Shown here: positions 58,382-64,000 of the stretch, in pieces | Position numbering within the stretch: the first letter of the stretch is position 1 | How the letters are laid out: each line of letters opens with the position of its first letter | Assembly (NCBI GenBank): GCA_002104945.1 | Contig: MCFH01000006.1 | Coordinates: 1,178,001 to 1,242,000 of the forward strand | Direction of reading: 5' to 3' | Length of the DNA: 64,000 nucleotides | Origin: Piromyces finnis finn | Taxonomy: Eukaryota; Fungi; Neocallimastigomycota | Translations under genes and position numbers: made by a program | The notes under the pieces: generated by a model | Databases searched by the model: none | The model's input: only the letters and a program-made list of their open reading frames with translations | What the model was told of the DNA's origin: nothing

Positions 58382-59516
58382 TAAAGTTTGAAGAAGAAAT
58401 ATATGCAAAAAATAAAGTCAAAACAAAAATATTATTCATGTAATTTAATTTTTATTTAAAAATTTTTTTTTTTTTTTGAAAATAATCTTTATTAATTAAA
58501 TATTTAAAAATTATAATAGAAATAATTTTCCAAAGTCAATGAAATAAAGAATTATTTTTGATTATTCATAGTATTAAATATTTCATTATATGATTTATAC
58601 ATTTATCTTTTTGTAAAATTGATAGCATCAATACTAATGATTTATTTAAGTATTTGATAGTAGTGTTATAAGTTTATTTATTAATATTTAAGACATAAAA
58701 TTTATATTAAAAAATAAAACAGAATAGGGAGAAGAGAAATTAATGAACTTCTAACTACATTCTTTAATAATAAATTTTATGAATTATTAATAACATTTAA
58801 TTCGGCTTCGTAATATTCTACATTATTTCTGTACTTTTCATTAACAATATAATTCTTTACTTTATACATTTATATTGAACATTATTTAAAAACTACAAAT
58901 CTCAATACAATAAAATTATAACTTTTTAAAATGCTTTTAATTAAATGTTTTCTTTTCTTAAAATTCGAAATTTGTATTTTTATCAAGAAAATAGTAAATA
59001 AAATCGTTAAATGTAATATAAATTTTAAAAATTTCATTTTATAAAAATAAAAAAAATGAATTAAAATTATACTATATTATGTAAATTTGAAACACATAAA
59101 AAAAAAAAAGTATTGAATTGATAACAATAGTCAACTCATTTATTTTTTATAGGTTTTAGTTTATTTATTATAATTAAAAAAGAAAAAAAGATTTTTTTTT
59201 TTTTATTTTTGTTAATGCTTTTTTTTTAACTTTATTCTATTTTTTTTTTTCTTTAAAAATTTTTTAATAATTTTTTTTAATCTTAATTATATAATCTAAC
59301 GTTTATTCGTAATATTATTTATACTAATTATTAAATTATTTTATTATTGTTTATGCTTTTTTTTGTCTATTTTTCTTTGTTCATTTCCTTTGAGGATTAA
59401 TTACTGGTTATATGTGCTATTTTTTAAAACGGGGTAATAATTTAATAAAAAAGATTTCAATATTATATATATAATAAGAAAGATATTAATTATCTTCATT
59501 ATGAAAATTTATCAAT

Positions 59517-60814
59517 TTAAGTACGGCAGTTATCAATGTTGAAAATAATAATATCAGTAGCACCAATAGCTTCTAACTTGTCCATAACTTCAGCAGAATC
59601 CTTCTTTTCAACCATAACACTAATGGAAGCCCATTCATCATCTTCAAGTGGACTAACAGTTGGATTTTTACGACCTGGAGTAATTTTAATAGCCTTTGCT
59701 AAATTGGCTCTTTTAATATTGTATGAACAGTAAACATATTTAGAAGCAGCAATAACACCTTGAATTCTACCCTTTATTTTGTCAATAAATTCTTGTTGTG
59801 AAGTGTGTGGATTAGAGATAAGGACAGCTTGAGTACTCATGATGTTGTAAATACGAGTAAGTCCAGCGGCTCTCATAGTTTCACCAGATTCTTTAATAAT
59901 TATTAATTAATATTTTAATAATAATTATAATATAATTTCAGTTAATTATTTTATTTAAATAATACGTTTTTGTTCCAATATTTTTAAAAATTTTTAAGTA
60001 GTAAAAAAGTTTGAAAAAATTATTATTTCATATATAATTGGGATTGGGTTTAAAAATTATGATAGTATTAATATTCATTTTTTATATAATTTTATAATTT
60101 CATAATAATTTTTCTTTCAAACTTTATTTCCCACTTTTATATTTATGCTAATTATAATAGTTTTAATATTTTAAGTTATATTACTTACCAACAAGATCAA
60201 CTAATGTAATATTTATCATTAAATAATATATAAAATTTTGAAAAATATTAATACCTTTTTTTTCGAAATTTAATTTTATTAATACTTTTTTACTTACCAA
60301 TACCATCGGCAAGACCCATAGTACATGAAACTTCGACAGATCCAGAAATGTAATTAATATCAGTTGGCTTTTCTGGCTTTAATTCCTCGTCAAGCTTACC
60401 AAAGAATTTCTTAGATAAATGGGTGAAGGTAGTAACAATTCTCTTACCAACAAGTTGTTTTGGATCAGTAATGTTGGAAGCAACTGGAACTTGAATACAT
60501 AAATCACATTTACCGAAACCAAGTTCAACTAATTGGTGAACGTTAACGTTGCTTTCAGCAATCATATCTTGACCAGTAATACCTAAATCAATCTTACCAT
60601 CAGCAACAAATTTTGGAATATCAGCAGCTGGAAGGAAGACTAAAGCAATTGGTAAGTTGGTGGAAAGAGCAATATCTAAACGGTTCTTTCTGTAGTATTG
60701 AATATTAGCTCCTTCAAGAAGTTGTTGACACTTTTGGTATAATCTACCCTTCTTTGGGATAGCGAAAAGTAATTTTCCTTCTAATTCTTTGACGTCTATG
60801 TTAATGTTACTCAT
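59517..60814 (-). CDS. HIS1: ATP phosphoribosyltransferase (long form); exons 60298-60814, 60189-60200 and 59517-59890
   Basis: AIPKKGRL, LPAADIPKFVADGKIDLGITGQD, LGFGKCDL, GSVEVS...ADGIVDLVESGETMRAAGL after splicing, and the C-terminal regulatory domain PTVSPL...GATDII. Confidence 0.95.
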
Positions 60815-62003
60815 TCTGATGTTCTTTTATTAATTATCTGAACAATTAATTTGAGAAGTTCATTTATATGTTATATATATTTTTAAAATTATAACATTAA
60901 TATAGATATAATATTAAAAAAAATAAAATTAAATATATTAATATTATATTTATATAAATGATAATAATAGAATATGATAAAATAATATTTGTTTAATTTT
61001 AATAACAAAAAAATGTTATTTTTCATTATTTTATTAGTATTTGATATTTATGCATACTGAAAAATTATACACATTTAGTTTTAAAGTTAACATTTTTAAT
61101 TTTACTTTGTTTTTCATTTTATATTCATTAATTTGTCGATTTTTATTATAATTTTAAATTTATAAAGTATTGATATGGAATAATTTATGATTTACTTCTA
61201 TTATTTTTTTTTAGCCTTTAATTTAAAATCCAACAAAATTATAAATTTTATAATAATATAAAAAGATTATTACATTTATAACTATTCAATAATAGCTTTT
61301 ATTAAATTATTGTGTAAAGAAAAAAAAAAAAAATTTTTTATTTTTATATATATAATTAAAATTTTTTTTTTAAAAAATTTAAATAATAACACCTATAAAA
61401 AATGAATATTCAGTTATAATATATTACAATTTAAATATTATATTATTATATTATATTGTTATATTATATTGTTATATATAAAAAAAAGATTTTGATTGTA
61501 GTTCAAATAAATATTCTTTCCATTTAAATAAATATTATGAATATTGTATATATTATATTATAGTTTATTATATAGCAAAATAATTCAATAATATATTAAA
61601 CTAAATAAAAATAAAGTATTTTTATAACCAAAAAGAAAACTGATAGAATCACCAATCAACATTCAAATCATACATTTTAATATTATACATAATTATACAT
61701 ATCTAGGTTTACATTAAATAATACATAATACTTTAATTTTTAGAATGTATATAAGAATTAATTGTTATATAAAAAAGAATACTAATGCATTTTATTTATG
61801 AATTTTTTTTTTAAAACTATTTAAATTTATATAAGAATAATGCAAAAAAAAAAATACATATATATTTGAAAAATTTATTATTTATTATATTTTTTATTCT
61901 ATTTTATATATTTAAATATAATAAGAAATTATGGGTATATTAACATTTAAATAACTTTATAATACTAAAAATAAAATAATTAGAAATTTAATAAATATAA
62001 AAT

Positions 62004-63012
62004 TTAGCTATTTGTTTTAAAAATTTTAATTGTGATTGCTGAATTATTTCTTGTTTCAGTACTTATATCGTCTTCCTATTTTATTTTAATTAAATTTATA
62101 AAATTATACATAAATTTGTATATTATAATTTAATCAATCGCGTTACTCAACATTCAATAATTTATTATTTTAAAGAGAAACAAATATATTAAATTTAAAA
62201 AATACCTTATTTTCTGGTTCAATGTCATCAAATAATTTAACAGTTGAAGTGGTAATTTCCCAATCTATTTTATCTGAAAATTGCTTTTTAAGTTCAAGAG
62301 CTAAATTTACTGTTGTTTTAATTGCTGCACCTAAACCATGCAACACAATAAAAGTGATTCTTATATATAATAAAAATATAATATTAGGATTTTAATATAT
62401 ATATATTTTCATTTTTCATTTTAATAACTTTTTTTTTTTTAAATTTTATCAGAAATTAAGTTGAAATTTCAATCAATATCATATCATATTGGATGAAAAT
62501 AAAAAATTTATGGATATTGTATATATTTATATTTTCTTCTTATATTATATGTTGTTAAGCTGTCTCTATTAATTTCAATATAGTATTACTAAATTGTTAT
62601 TAGCTATATTCAAATATTTAATTGATTTTTTTTTATCCAATTTATTTACATTTTTAATTATAATTATGCCAACATATTTGTACAATTTCTTAATGAAATA
62701 AAATAAGTTGATAATTACTCTTTTTCCAATAATAGTTTTTTTGCTCTTTTTATTAAAGAAATATATGAACTTTTTCTTGAAACATATATATCATTTTTTT
62801 TTATTGGAAGATGTTGGGGAGTACGTTTATGAATAACTTTATTACTCTTATTAATTGCTATTTAAATTTAATAATTTATTAATAGTAATAATATTTATAA
62901 TAATTAATAAATAAAAAAAGCTTTATTACTAAGTATTTTGTATTTATTTATTTTAGAAATGAGTATTAATTATATTACCTTTTACAGTATCCTTTGTTTT
63001 ACTAAGCTTCAT
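62004..63012 (-). CDS. POP7: RNase P/MRP subunit POP7/RPP20 (Alba-like), 4 exons
   Basis: HKRTP...NDIYVSRKSSYISLIKRAKKLL, LHGLGAAIK...NLAL, TSTVKLFDDIEP and TRNNSAI. Confidence 0.85.
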
Positions 63013-64000
63013 TTTTGTACAAAAAATTTAAGAAAAACAAAAAGTATATTTTTTGAATAATAATTTCGTGTTTCAAATAATTTTAATGTAATATTTATAT
63101 ATCATATGAGAATCACAAAAATTTTAAAATTTCTTCATAAAAATAATTTCTTGAAGATTAAATTTATGTATTTTTCATTATTAATATTATATTTATAAAT
63201 TAAAATGATATCTATAGTTTCATTTTATTATTAGTTCGTTCTAATTTCTATTATATTGCTAACAAGAAAATTTATTATTCAATAAAATAACTATTATTAC
63301 TATCTTTATTTTAGTAATTATTTTTCAATTTCTCATTGTTAAGTTGATTATGTAAATATTAAAAATAATATTTTCATATATTCACTTAATTATCTTTTGA
63401 GTTAAAATTTATAATTTTATTATTTATAACTTTAAAAATAATATTTAAAATGTAGTTTATGTTGAAATTTTAAAAAAAGATACTTATTATATTAGTATCC
63501 ATATATTATCAATATATTATAAATATTTTAAGAAAATAATGTTCTATTAATTTTAATATATTAAATAGTGTTTTGGAAAGTATATCATCTTTTACGCGAA
63601 TCATATTATCGATAGGACAGAAATAATAAACATTTTTCAATCCAATAAAAATATTTTTAACATGTGAAAGAAAATCTATTTTATGAAATAAAGCCATAAA
63701 AATAATAATAATAACATTTTTTTTATTATTAATATAAGTATATAAGGATTTAAGCCATATGCGTCTCTTTAATTAATTTACCAATTGAAGTTACAATTCA
63801 ATTAATAGTGCAAATAAATTTTCGAGTTTAATTAATAATGTTAAAAGTTAAATAAATAAAAAATAACATATAAAAAAACATTAACTATAAATATAAGCAA
63901 TATCTTTTCTTTTATATTTATAATATATATCTATATCAAAGGTTATTTCAGTAAACAAACCCATTTAATAAAAAAGGAGTTTAGTTTGAAAATTACATGT

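Overview
Very AT-rich, intron-rich eukaryotic DNA with fungal-type genes. Composition and gene content fit an anaerobic gut fungus (Neocallimastigomycota); this is an inference. 1-12.5 kb: a tandem array of at least three intronless small heat-shock (HSP20) genes in ~2.57-kb units. One unit is interrupted by a full-length, apparently intact 5684-bp non-LTR retrotransposon (single ORF with RRM-like, APE, RT and CCHC regions; 44-nt poly(A); 12-bp target-site duplication; empty site visible in the neighbouring unit). Three decayed 3' relics of the same family follow the array. 17.6-63 kb: housekeeping genes MET2, NCS2/CTU2, TCP1/CCT1, a UGO1-like carrier, a DENN+C1 protein with a candidate U12 minor intron, a TBF1/TRF-like protein with two Myb domains, a membrane-tethered ATF6-like bZIP, an LDB17/SPIN90-like protein, HIS1 and POP7/RPP20. 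The most unusual signals concern the LINE. It landed inside a ~35-bp relic of its own endonuclease coding sequence, a second copy is nested inside an older copy, and its 5' end has duplicated hairpin-rich monomers just downstream of a co-oriented heat-shock gene. No tRNA, rRNA or CRISPR array was recognised. Exon boundaries and protein family calls were made by eye and from remembered motifs, not database searches.
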